A stretch of DNA of 64,000 bases from Candidatus Poribacteria bacterium. GTDB taxonomy: Bacteria; Poribacteria; WGA-4E; PCPOR2b. The stretch spans positions 3,616,001 to 3,680,000 of the forward strand of contig OZ244042.1 of NCBI GenBank assembly GCA_965215015.1. Reading direction: 5' to 3'. The notes under the pieces were generated by a model that worked only from the letters and a program-made list of their open reading frames with translations, did not search any database and was not told the DNA's origin. Made by a program: the position numbers and the translations under genes. This document shows, piece after piece, positions 40,538-50,566 of this stretch (position 1 is its first letter; each line of letters opens with the position of its first letter).

Positions 40538-41785
40538 ATGAAAAATTCAACGTTTATCACAAGAGTTGTTCTAAAAAACTATAAGAATATCGCTGCGTGC
40601 GATGTGAAGCTGCGCCCATTGATGTTCTTGGTAGGACCTAACGGCGCGGGCAAGAGCAATTTTCTGGATGCTCTGCGATTCGTCGCCGATGCGTTGGATT
40701 CATCGTTAGATCACGCTATACGCGATCGAGGCGGAATTAACGAGGTCCGCCGCCGCTCTGGTGGGCATCCCAATCATTTCAGCATTCGCCTTGATTTCAT
40801 CTTGCCCGAAGGTATGACTGGACACTACGCCTTTCGCATCGGTGCTCGTCCACGTGGAGGGTACGAGGTTCAGAGAGAAGAGTGCAGACTTTGGCGTGGA
40901 GACCTCTTCACTCAAGAGGAATACTTCCATGTTCAGAATGGCAGCGTGGCCGAGACAAGTGTGGATGTAGCACCGGCTGCTGCAACGGATCGGCTCTACC
41001 TGGTCAACGCCTCCGGATTGACAGAATTCCGTCCTGTCTACGAAGCGTTTTCTAAGATGGGATTTTATAGTCTCAACCCCGATAAAATCCGAGATCTCCA
41101 AGCACCCGATCCGGGCGACCTACTTATTCGCGACGGAAGTAACCTTACAAGTGTCCTTGCCCAACTGACACCGGCTGCGAAGGAACGCATAGAGGAATAT
41201 CTCGCGGCGGTTGTCCCTGGCGTGCATGGAGTAGAAGTCAGAGAGATTGGTCCAAAGGAGACGTTAGAGTTCCGACAGGATGTCGCAGGTTCAAAATACC
41301 CATGGCGCTTTCTCGCAAACAATATGTCTGATGGCACACTCCGCGTGTTGGGAATCCTTGTCGCACTGTTTCAGGGGAATCCCAACGCAAAAAAACAGGT
41401 GCTGCTTGTGGGCATTGAAGAGCCTGAAATCGCGCTTCATCCGGCAGCGGCAGGTGTGTTGCTTGATGAACTTCAGGACGCTGCCGCCAAGATACAGATT
41501 ATTGTTACCAGCCACAGTCCAGACCTGCTCGATAACAAGGGCCTGGGAGTGGAGTCAATTCTCGCGGTTAAATCGCACAATGGCACCGCGACAATTGCCA
41601 GTGTGCACGAAGGAGGAAGGGCGGCAGTGCGCGAGCAGCTGTTTACAGCAGGCGAACTCCTACGTCTCAATCAATTACAACCCGATCCGGCATCTGTCAT
41701 TTCCGGTGCAAAGGCGAAGCAACTCCGTATTTTCGATTTCGACAAGAGAAAATTGAGTCGAACGAAGGAGGAAAAACACGGATGA
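40538..41785 (+). CDS. ABC-type (AAA_21-like) ATPase
   Basis: GPNGAGKS, MSDGT, IEEPEIALHP, TSHSP. Confidence 0.9.
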   Translation: MKNSTFITRVVLKNYKNIAACDVKLRPLMFLVGPNGAGKSNFLDALRFVADALDSSLDHAIRDRGGINEVRRRSGGHPNHFSIRLDFILPEGMTGHYAFRIGARPRGGYEVQREECRLWRGDLFTQEEYFHVQNGSVAETSVDVAPAAATDRLYLVNASGLTEFRPVYEAFSKMGFYSLNPDKIRDLQAPDPGDLLIRDGSNLTSVLAQLTPAAKERIEEYLAAVVPGVHGVEVREIGPKETLEFRQDVAGSKYPWRFLANNMSDGTLRVLGILVALFQGNPNAKKQVLLVGIEEPEIALHPAAAGVLLDELQDAAAKIQIIVTSHSPDLLDNKGLGVESILAVKSHNGTATIASVHEGGRAAVREQLFTAGELLRLNQLQPDPASVISGAKAKQLRIFDFDKRKLSRTKEEKHG

Positions 41786-42393
41786 CGGTCCAAATCGGTT
41801 GCATTGTCGAAGGACATGGCGAAGTGGCAGCCGTGCCAATCCTGATTCGGCGCATCGCTGAGAGTCTTTATCCAGAGTTGGGGATTGGTATGCCGCACCC
41901 AATTCGGGTTTCTAGGGCTAAGGTTATTAAGCCGGGTGAACTTGAACGAGCTGTCAAATTAGCAGCGCGGAATATTAGAGGCCAAGGGGCTATATTTATC
42001 CTCATCGACAGCGACGAAGACTGCCCAGCGCGAACGGGACCAGTGCTGCTTTGTCGAGCGTCAGAAGTGCGCAGCGATCTGCCGATTGCTGTCGTGTTAG
42101 CAAAACATGAGTTCGAGGCGTGGTTTCTTGCAGCCGCTGAGTCACTTCAGGGACAAAGAGGTTTAAGAAACGATTTCCAACCCCCGAACGATCCGGAGGC
42201 AATCCGCGGGGCGAAGGAATGGTTGAGACAGGGGTTGGAGAGGGGTGAAACGTATCGAGAAACCCTTGATCAACCCGCGCTCACAGCCCACTTTGACCTG
42301 GACCAAGCCCGTCGCGCAGACTCTTTCGACAAGTGCTACCGGGATATTGTTCGTCTCCTCGATGAATTGCAGAAAGCAGGGGGTTCACAATAA
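41782..42393 (+). CDS. DUF4276-like (TOPRIM-like) protein
   Basis: IVEGHGE, IDSD, EFEAWFLA; ATGA overlap with the ATPase. Confidence 0.8.
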   Translation: MTVQIGCIVEGHGEVAAVPILIRRIAESLYPELGIGMPHPIRVSRAKVIKPGELERAVKLAARNIRGQGAIFILIDSDEDCPARTGPVLLCRASEVRSDLPIAVVLAKHEFEAWFLAAAESLQGQRGLRNDFQPPNDPEAIRGAKEWLRQGLERGETYRETLDQPALTAHFDLDQARRADSFDKCYRDIVRLLDELQKAGGSQ

Positions 42394-42456
42394 CACACTC
42401 GGGTGAATCCTATACGTTAGAAGATTCCTCCATTTGTGTTTACACAAAAAATAGCA

Positions 42457-45400
42457 ATGGATCCCATATCACATCAAACACAGACAATGCAGCCCGACAA
42501 TCTCCAACCCGGCACATATCTGATCGACAGGTATCAAAAAAAAGAAAAAGAAAAGGTTATCCGTCGGGTTGAACCCCACGATCGGTTTGTACAACTCTTT
42601 TTTGAGGGTGATGCGGAGCCATTTACCTGTTCCATAGCAGAACTGCAAAGGCGTTTTGAAATTGTATATCCTCCTTTTCGAGCGGATGCGAATCTGGTGA
42701 GACTGATTGCTGAGGCGTATCGACTTCAACACGCCTATCTGTTCAATCCCATCTTTGCCACAGAGACATCGCTGATCGATCCGCTGCCGCATCAGTTCAT
42801 CGCGGTGTATGATCATCTGCTGAAACATTTCCCGTTGCGGTTCCTGCTGGCTGACGATGCCGGTGCTGGCAAAACAATCATGACAGGACTCTATATCCAA
42901 GAGCTGTTACTGCGGCGACAGGTGAAACGGGTGCTGATTGTGCCGCCAGCCGGGCTCATTGGGAACTGGGAACGCGAATTACGGGTCTGTTTTCGACTCC
43001 AATTTCGGATTTTATCTAGCGCGGATGCCGCAGCCGCGAACCCCTTTGTCGATTCGGAAAACCGCTTAGCGATTGTGAGTCTCGATACGTTGCGGCAGGA
43101 GGGGATGCAGCAATATCTCTTTGAAGCACCGTCGTATGATTTGGTTGTCTTTGATGAAGCCCATAAGCTATCGGCACGATATGAGTCGGACGGGGCAGTG
43201 ACGAAATCGAAACGATACCAACTTGCAGAACGGATTGCTGCGGATGGAAATAGTCTGTTATTGCTCACAGCAACACCGCACATGGGAAAAAAAGATGCGT
43301 ACTATTTTCTGTGGCGATTGCTTTTGCCCGAACGACTCGCCGCACAAGGGGCATTTAATCGGTTGTGTGAAGGGGAAAGGTCAAAACACCTCCTCCGGCG
43401 CATGAAGGAGGAAATGATTACCTTTGATGAAAAACCGATTTACCCACTGCGTCAGAGTCGGACCATTGCCTATCCACTCAAACAGGGGGAGATTAGCGAG
43501 CAGGCGCTATATGATGAGGTTACCGCGTATTGTGAGAACCATTTTGATCTCGCTGGGCAGTACAACCAGACCGCGGCACGGCTAGCGATGATGGTACTAC
43601 AGCGGCGGCTCGCTAGCTCAACCTTCGCATTGTGGCAAAGCCTAATCAGACGGGGGGAAAAACTTCAAGCAACTCTTCGTGAGCTTCACGAAGGGCGGCT
43701 GTCTGCGGAGGGGTTGAAAACTGAACAAGCGGAACTGACAGACATCGACATCAGAGATATAAAAACGGGTGATGAAGAAGAGAGCGTTGATGGCAAGGAA
43801 GAGGCAGAACACGCTGATGAAAATCTTGCTCAAGCGACAACCGCCCGATCGATTGCGGATTTGGAAGCCGAAATCTACCACGTTCAACGGCTTACCAAAT
43901 TGGCAAGGGCCGTTTACGACCTGAAAGCTGAAAGTAAGTTTGAGAAGCTGTGGGAGGCATTGAAGGGTTATCCTGACACGAAGGTACTTATTTTCACCGA
44001 GCATCGCGACACGCTAGCGTTTGTCACCAGACGCTTGGAGGCGTTGGGTTTTGCTGGAAAGGTTGCCCAAATCCACGGCGGCATGAAATACAACGAACGT
44101 GAAGAACAGGTTGAGTTCTTCCGCGACTCAGGCGGGGCGCAATATCTGGTCGCAACCGATGCCGCCGGGGAGGGAATTAACCTACAATTCTGTTGGCTGA
44201 TGGTCAATTACGATATTCCGTGGAATCCCGCCCGGCTTGAACAGCGGATGGGACGAATCCACCGATACAAACAGAAACGGACGGTCGTTCTGTTAAATCT
44301 CGTCGCCCAAGATACTCGTGAAGGGCGGGTGTTGAAGGTGCTACTCGAGAAGTTGGAACAGATGCGTGAGGAACTGAGCGACGATAAGGTTTTTGATGTC
44401 ATCGGTCAGCAATTCAGTGAGATTTCGTTGACAGCACTGATTACGCAAGCCATCACGGAGGATAAAACCGATGCCTCAATCCAAACCATCAACAACCAAC
44501 TCACTGTGGAAAATATCGCAACCCAACTCGAAACGCAGCAAAAATTGGTCGTATGTAGTAAAGTTAAACGTCTGCTCCTCGGCGTTCAGAAGCAGAGGGA
44601 ATCCGCCGAAACACTTCGTGTGATGCCGGCGTATGTGCGAGGTTTCTTTGAAGAAGTGGCGCCGTTGGTCAGCTATCGGATTGATGGTGAGGTTGAGGGA
44701 ATTTTCAAACTATCCCACTGTCCGGCGGATGTGCGAAGTGTTATCGAAAAATATCCGTCGCATCTGCGAGACCGATTAACGTTCTCACGAGAGCTCGCGC
44801 TACCCGTAGGTTTCGATCAGCCACAGGCAATCTATCTACATCCCGGTGAACCCATTTTTGATTCAATTTTGACCCTCTTTTTGGGAGAATTTGAAGATGA
44901 AGGAAATCGCGGAGCGGTTTATTTCGATTCCCACACAGATGAGCCGTATCTGTTCTATTTGGCGAAAGTGCCTGTGGTTCGACAAATTGGCGAAAGACCT
45001 CAAATCCTGGACGAAGTGCTCGTTGGTGTCAAACAATTTTCAGATGGCAGTTGTGAACCAACGCCAGTCCATCTGTTGTTGACATTAACACCGCCCTCGG
45101 ACAACTGTTCACCAATTTCCTCTGAATGGTTTAACCTTGCTGAAGAGATACAACTCGTTAAAACGTTTGTCGTTGAAAAGTTTGGGAACCCCAAATTTTT
45201 GGGCATCCGCGATGAACTTCAATCCGAATTGGAGATTAAGAGAGCACAGATACAGGTCTCATTTAATTTGAGAAAGTCAGAGCTGCTTGAACAGCGACGG
45301 GCCCTCAAAAACGATGTTGAAAACGGGATTCCTGCGGCGCAGACAAAACTGAACGCCTGCGATCGGGAATTGACGGAACTTCCCGCGAAGCGCGAAGAGA

Positions 45401-45900
45401 CTGAAACGAGTCTCATTGCGGAAATCGAAAACACCCGATTGGGGCCCGTAATCATCTATGCTCGCGCCTTTGTCACCCCACCCCCAATTGATACGGTGCC
45501 GATCAAAACGATGCGAGATGCCGAGGCTATCGCACTCCGTATCGCTATTGAACATGAGCGAGCGCGCGGTGCGGAGGTCGAAGATGTCTCCAATCCACAC
45601 CTCAAAAAAGGATTTGATTTGGAATCCAGATACCCCGACGGTGAGGTGCGTTACATTGAGGTCAAAGGGCGCACTGGAATTGCGAGTGTCGAATTAACAG
45701 CGAATGAATGGAGACAAGCTGCCAACCATCGAGACCGCTACTGGCTTTATGTGGTCTATCATTGTGACGCGAATCCGCAGTTATACCGATGCCGAGATCC
45801 CTTTGACACACTGATTGCCAGAGCCAAGGGAAGTGTTACTATTAATTCCAGTGATATTATGAGAGAATCGGATATAGAGGCACTCAATTCAAACCCCTAA
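42457..45900 (+). CDS. SNF2-family helicase with C-terminal DUF3883-type nuclease domain
   Basis: LADDAGAGKT, DEAH, TATPH, EQRMGRIHR, GFDLES...YIEVKG...LTANEW. Start uncertain (42436-42487). Confidence 0.9.
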   Translation: MDPISHQTQTMQPDNLQPGTYLIDRYQKKEKEKVIRRVEPHDRFVQLFFEGDAEPFTCSIAELQRRFEIVYPPFRADANLVRLIAEAYRLQHAYLFNPIFATETSLIDPLPHQFIAVYDHLLKHFPLRFLLADDAGAGKTIMTGLYIQELLLRRQVKRVLIVPPAGLIGNWERELRVCFRLQFRILSSADAAAANPFVDSENRLAIVSLDTLRQEGMQQYLFEAPSYDLVVFDEAHKLSARYESDGAVTKSKRYQLAERIAADGNSLLLLTATPHMGKKDAYYFLWRLLLPERLAAQGAFNRLCEGERSKHLLRRMKEEMITFDEKPIYPLRQSRTIAYPLKQGEISEQALYDEVTAYCENHFDLAGQYNQTAARLAMMVLQRRLASSTFALWQSLIRRGEKLQATLRELHEGRLSAEGLKTEQAELTDIDIRDIKTGDEEESVDGKEEAEHADENLAQATTARSIADLEAEIYHVQRLTKLARAVYDLKAESKFEKLWEALKGYPDTKVLIFTEHRDTLAFVTRRLEALGFAGKVAQIHGGMKYNEREEQVEFFRDSGGAQYLVATDAAGEGINLQFCWLMVNYDIPWNPARLEQRMGRIHRYKQKRTVVLLNLVAQDTREGRVLKVLLEKLEQMREELSDDKVFDVIGQQFSEISLTALITQAITEDKTDASIQTINNQLTVENIATQLETQQKLVVCSKVKRLLLGVQKQRESAETLRVMPAYVRGFFEEVAPLVSYRIDGEVEGIFKLSHCPADVRSVIEKYPSHLRDRLTFSRELALPVGFDQPQAIYLHPGEPIFDSILTLFLGEFEDEGNRGAVYFDSHTDEPYLFYLAKVPVVRQIGERPQILDEVLVGVKQFSDGSCEPTPVHLLLTLTPPSDNCSPISSEWFNLAEEIQLVKTFVVEKFGNPKFLGIRDELQSELEIKRAQIQVSFNLRKSELLEQRRALKNDVENGIPAAQTKLNACDRELTELPAKREETETSLIAEIENTRLGPVIIYARAFVTPPPIDTVPIKTMRDAEAIALRIAIEHERARGAEVEDVSNPHLKKGFDLESRYPDGEVRYIEVKGRTGIASVELTANEWRQAANHRDRYWLYVVYHCDANPQLYRCRDPFDTLIARAKGSVTINSSDIMRESDIEALNSNP

Positions 45901-46095
45901 CATAACAACATAAGGGACGCTCATAATTCAGCCAAGAGCCCGTGCAAATCCTTATGGGAGCAATCTCCCGATAGCGGCTGTTTCCAAAATATAGGGTAAT
46001 CGTGGCAAGTTGCTTTGAATCCCAATCTTATCGTCGCTGCCACTCCCACAAAGAATCGTTGAGCACCCCTCACATAACATGAGAGGATAGGCCAG

Positions 46096-47355
46096 ATGTT
46101 TCTCAAATCAATTCACTTGAACAACGTCAAATGTTTGTCTGACATTGCCTTATCATTTGAAAACGAGGATGACAGCCTCCGCAAGTGGACACTCTTGTTG
46201 GCTGAAAACGGCGCAGGCAAAAGTACGCTGCTGAAAGCCATCGCGCTGGCGACCAGCGGGAGCGATGCCATAGCCGATCTGTTGGGCGAACCTTCGGACT
46301 GGATTCGGTACAAAACGCGGGGTTGTGCAATCTCTGCCGTTGTGGTTACCGAGGAAGGAGAAGAGCGGGAGATCCACTTACGGATTGCGCCCAAAGACAC
46401 CCGCGCCGATGTCATCGTGAATAACAAGTGGAGTCTCGCGTGGCTTGATGACGCGTTAAGCCAGACAGAACCAAACTATTTTGTTCTCGGTTTCGGCGCG
46501 TCGCGTCGGTTCAGTACGGTGAACGGTCGGAGAACAAAGACATCGGCCTTCACAAACAAAAGAGCCCAAAGCGTGGCTACCCTGTTTAATCCCGACGCGG
46601 CTACCACGCCGCTCGATTCATGGGCAATGGACCTTGACTATCTTAACAACCGCACCGGAATCGATACCGCCCGAGAGGTGTTGAGCGATTTGCTTCCGGG
46701 GATAAAGTTTCACCGGATTGATAAACAGAACGGGCACCTATTGTTTAAAACCCCAGATGGAATTGTGCCGTTGCACGCCCTCAGTGACGGGTATCTGGCA
46801 ATGGCGACTTGGATTGGCGACCTTTTGTACCGGGTGTTAGAAAATTTTCGTGGTTTAAGACAACCACTGACTGCAAAGGGATTGCTCCTCATTGATGAAG
46901 TTGATCTCCATCTCCATCCAAAGCGGCAACGCGAACTGCTTTCGTTGCTCGATCAGCTGTTTCCGAATTTTCAATTTGTTGTAACAACGCACTCTCCCAT
47001 GACGGCCCAACAGGCCGGGGAGGGGGAACTTCACTGTTTGACGCGCGAAGCCGGGGAGATTCAGCTCCATCAGTTTTCCGGCAACCCGAAAACACTCCTC
47101 TTAAACCAATTTGTGATGACACCAGCGTTTGCGTTAGATACCGATGAGTCCAAAGAGATTGAGAATATGAAGAACCGATATCGCCAACTCCGAGATAAGG
47201 CGGATTTGGCGTCTAACGAACGCGCGGAACTGGACCAGCTGAAAGCGTCCCTAACGGACCTTCCGACTGATGGCAGGTCTAATCTCACGCTTTCTGAAGA
47301 ACACGCGCAGCTTTTACGAAAAATTGAGAAGGAATTGCGGGAGGATAGGGTGTGA
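46096..47355 (+). CDS. PtuA-like ABC/AAA ATPase
   Basis: AENGAGKS, LSDGY, IDEVDLHLHP, TTHSP. Confidence 0.8.
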   Translation: MFLKSIHLNNVKCLSDIALSFENEDDSLRKWTLLLAENGAGKSTLLKAIALATSGSDAIADLLGEPSDWIRYKTRGCAISAVVVTEEGEEREIHLRIAPKDTRADVIVNNKWSLAWLDDALSQTEPNYFVLGFGASRRFSTVNGRRTKTSAFTNKRAQSVATLFNPDAATTPLDSWAMDLDYLNNRTGIDTAREVLSDLLPGIKFHRIDKQNGHLLFKTPDGIVPLHALSDGYLAMATWIGDLLYRVLENFRGLRQPLTAKGLLLIDEVDLHLHPKRQRELLSLLDQLFPNFQFVVTTHSPMTAQQAGEGELHCLTREAGEIQLHQFSGNPKTLLLNQFVMTPAFALDTDESKEIENMKNRYRQLRDKADLASNERAELDQLKASLTDLPTDGRSNLTLSEEHAQLLRKIEKELREDRV

Positions 47356-47441
47356 TACGCCTAACAAGGATTCGGTCGGAAGCGACCATACACGAAAACT
47401 GTCACGGCCAAAAAAAGAGAGCAGCTGTCACCCCCCTCTAA
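47352..47441 (+). pseudogene. 29-codon remnant of the ATPase's coupled partner gene (probably an HNH nuclease)
   Basis: GTGA overlap with the ATPase stop; MIRLTRIRSEATIHENCHGQKKRAAV, then a stop inside a REP. Confidence 0.5.
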
Positions 47442-47602
47442 TCCCCCCGCAAGCGGGGGGAGGGCACAGAGTGTATGCGTACTCCCTTAAAGGGGCGCAA
47501 TGGACGCGTACCTACAAACTTAAGTCCGTAACTTCTAACATGAACGAAAGCCGTTCTTGTTGACAAACTGCGCGAATTTAGGTCAGGAAGGAAAAAACGA
47601 AA

Positions 47603-50527
47603 ATGCCACGTAGACTCATCGAGGAAGCCTTTCCACTACAAAAGGTTTCCATAGACTCAAAGAACGAACAAAACATTAGCCAAGGAAAGCCAAACAGCTT
47701 GCATTATTGGCCTGCGAGAAAGCCCCTCGCTGTTTGTAGAGCGGTAACACTAGCGGCACTCCTCCCCGATCCTGCCGATGCTCCTGAGACAATGAAAGCG
47801 GAATACACACGCCTTTCCAGGTCACCGTTGCCTGACAAACAGCGTAAATATCTTTGCGATCTAATAGCTTCACTGACGACATCGGGGCACGAAGATAGGA
47901 AAATCGATTGGGACGATAAGGATCAGAAGGGACGGTGGCTCAATAAACTGCGAATCGCCAGAGAACTTATCCAGATAGCGTATGACGGATCTCCGCCGCA
48001 AGTAATAGATATGTTTGCGGGCGGTGGCGCGATTCCGCTTGAGGCAATGCGGCTCGGCTGCGAGGTGATAGCAAACGACTATAACCCGGTGGCGTGGTTT
48101 ATTCTCAAATGCACACTCGAATATCCACAACGCCTCGCCGGAAAAACCCATCCACCCCCGGATCTCAATCTTGACGAATATCCCGATTTGACAAGGAGTG
48201 ATCTAGCAGATCATGTCCGCTTGTGGGGGCAGTGGGTTCTGGAAAATGCCCGCCGCGACCTTGATCAATATTATCCCGTAGTTGATGACAAGCCGACGGT
48301 TGCCTATCTCTGGGCGAGAACGATTCCGTGTCAAGATCCGAGGTGTGGCGGGATAATTCCGCTGCTCAAGACGCTGTGGGTCTGCAAGAAGGCGGAGAAA
48401 ACCCTTGAGGACACCCCCCAAAATCGGAAGCGGCCTGACTTTCTCCGACTCAAAAAGACGAAAAATCGGACCCAAGTCATCATCAACAGCAGGCGTGCAC
48501 TCAGGCTCTGTCCAAATCTGGAGACAAAGCGAGTCCGATTTCAGGTTGTCGTGCCGAAAGACACAGACGCTGTTGAGGAGCCCACGATGTCTGATGCGAC
48601 AGCGACCTGTCCATTTTGCGGTTCACAGCAGCCGGGGGACTACATTAAGCGGTGCGGGCATGAGGGCAAACTCAAGGCACAGATGACGGCGGTAGTATAT
48701 CAGGAGGGGTACGGCAAGGAGTACCGTCCACCAACACAGGCGGAGATCGATGCAGCGGAGGTGTCAGAAGAAACATTGAGGACGATTGCAGATCAGATTC
48801 CGCACGGGATGCCTGATGAATCGTTACCGAAGAGTGATACGTCAGGGGCTGGAAGAGCATTTACAGTCCCACTCTACGGCTTTAAGAAATGGTCGGATCT
48901 GTTCACATCCCGGCAGTTGTTGGCGTTGATGACATTTGTGAAATGGACCCGAGCAGCGCGGGGAGAGATGGAGCGGTTCAGCTATTCATCGGAGTGGATC
49001 GAAGCAGTATCGGCATACCTCGCACTTCTGGTTAACAAAGTCGCGGACTATAATTGTACCTGTGCAACTTGGCGACCGCATGAAGCAGTTGGTCACTTGT
49101 TTGTCGCTGCAAGGATTCCAATTACTTGGAATTACGTTGAAACAAACATGATTGGCGAATCGGTTAGTTCATATCAGAGCCATCGAACATTTCAGAGTCG
49201 AGTATTGTCCCGCTTATTTTATTGGCCACATATCGGCGACCCCCTACCGTCGATAAATTGCGAGGATGTCCTTAAGACCACATTTCCGTCTAACGTAGAT
49301 TTAATCGTAACAGATCCCCCATACTACGATTTGATTCCTTATGCGGATACCTCCGACTTTTTTTTCGTCTGGAACAAAAGAAATGGATTTATCCCAGAAA
49401 CACTTGATTCTCAAACCGCTGATTCCGTCGTACCAAAGCAGGAAGAGTTAATTCAGCATACCGCGCGGTTCGGTGGCGATAAAGACAAAGCGAAAGCATA
49501 TTACACACACGGTATGACAAAAGCTTTTGAGAAAGCATATCACGCTCTGTCTGATGATGCACTTATAGTCATCGTTTTTGCTCACAAAGAACCGGACGCA
49601 TGGGCAACATTGCTGGAAGCGATTATTGGGGCCGGTTTTATTGTAACCGCATCATGGCCAATTGATACAGAAAGATCTAACAGATTGCGGGCTTACAATT
49701 CTGCTGCGCTTGCAACTTCACTTTGGCTCGTCTGCCGAAAGCGTCCCACGAGTGCGCGAGTCGGTTATTACACCAAAGTCAGGTCCGAGATGCAGGGACG
49801 AATTACCGAACGCCTGCGGTATTTCTGGGACGCGGGAATTCAAGGGCCTGACTTCGTTTGGGCGGCAATCGGGCCCGCATTGGAAAGCTATTCCAGCTAC
49901 AAAGAGGTACGACGCATGGGCGGTGGCGGCTTCACGGTAGCGGAATTTCTCACAGAGGTCCGGCGCATTGTCACTGATTTTGCGTTGGGGCAGCTGCTGC
50001 ACGGCGCCAGCACGGAAGCGTTGGACGAATGGACCCGCTACTACCTGATGCACATGAACCATTTCGGTGCGGAAAAGGCGCCGGTGGGTGAGTGTATCCT
50101 ATTGGCGCAGGGGTATGGGTTATCGCTTGACGATTTGATGGCGGCCCGAATCGGCATTTTGAAGAAGGCCTCCTCGGGCAGTGCACTCCGCCTGTTGGGA
50201 CACACCGATCGAAATTCAGATCGGGTGGGACAACCTCACCCCTCTGGAGGGCTTCCGATGATAGACACGGTTCACAGAATCATGAATCTCTGGCAGGCTG
50301 GCGATAAAACGCTAATCAGCATCTATCTCACCGAGCATGGCCTGCGAGAAAACGCCCTCTTTAAGTCCGTCATCCAAGCTCTCATTGAAATGAGTCCACA
50401 GGGGTCTGATGAAAAGTCGCTTTTGGAGGCAATCATCAGTTACAACTCGAATCTATCGACAACGGATACTCAACAGCAGCTCACCATCAAAGAGGTTTTG
50501 CCCCCAAAACAGGCACCGGTGCCTTGA
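47603..50527 (+). CDS. DUF1156-family DNA amino-methyltransferase
   Basis: LIEEAFP, LHYWPARKPLA, DMFAGGGAIP, YLWARTIPC, TDPPYYD, VFAHK, SWPIDTE. Confidence 0.9.
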   Translation: MPRRLIEEAFPLQKVSIDSKNEQNISQGKPNSLHYWPARKPLAVCRAVTLAALLPDPADAPETMKAEYTRLSRSPLPDKQRKYLCDLIASLTTSGHEDRKIDWDDKDQKGRWLNKLRIARELIQIAYDGSPPQVIDMFAGGGAIPLEAMRLGCEVIANDYNPVAWFILKCTLEYPQRLAGKTHPPPDLNLDEYPDLTRSDLADHVRLWGQWVLENARRDLDQYYPVVDDKPTVAYLWARTIPCQDPRCGGIIPLLKTLWVCKKAEKTLEDTPQNRKRPDFLRLKKTKNRTQVIINSRRALRLCPNLETKRVRFQVVVPKDTDAVEEPTMSDATATCPFCGSQQPGDYIKRCGHEGKLKAQMTAVVYQEGYGKEYRPPTQAEIDAAEVSEETLRTIADQIPHGMPDESLPKSDTSGAGRAFTVPLYGFKKWSDLFTSRQLLALMTFVKWTRAARGEMERFSYSSEWIEAVSAYLALLVNKVADYNCTCATWRPHEAVGHLFVAARIPITWNYVETNMIGESVSSYQSHRTFQSRVLSRLFYWPHIGDPLPSINCEDVLKTTFPSNVDLIVTDPPYYDLIPYADTSDFFFVWNKRNGFIPETLDSQTADSVVPKQEELIQHTARFGGDKDKAKAYYTHGMTKAFEKAYHALSDDALIVIVFAHKEPDAWATLLEAIIGAGFIVTASWPIDTERSNRLRAYNSAALATSLWLVCRKRPTSARVGYYTKVRSEMQGRITERLRYFWDAGIQGPDFVWAAIGPALESYSSYKEVRRMGGGGFTVAEFLTEVRRIVTDFALGQLLHGASTEALDEWTRYYLMHMNHFGAEKAPVGECILLAQGYGLSLDDLMAARIGILKKASSGSALRLLGHTDRNSDRVGQPHPSGGLPMIDTVHRIMNLWQAGDKTLISIYLTEHGLRENALFKSVIQALIEMSPQGSDEKSLLEAIISYNSNLSTTDTQQQLTIKEVLPPKQAPVP

Positions 50528-50566
50528 TTGTAAGTGTTCAGGCTTTAGCGTGGAGTGTGCGGAAAA

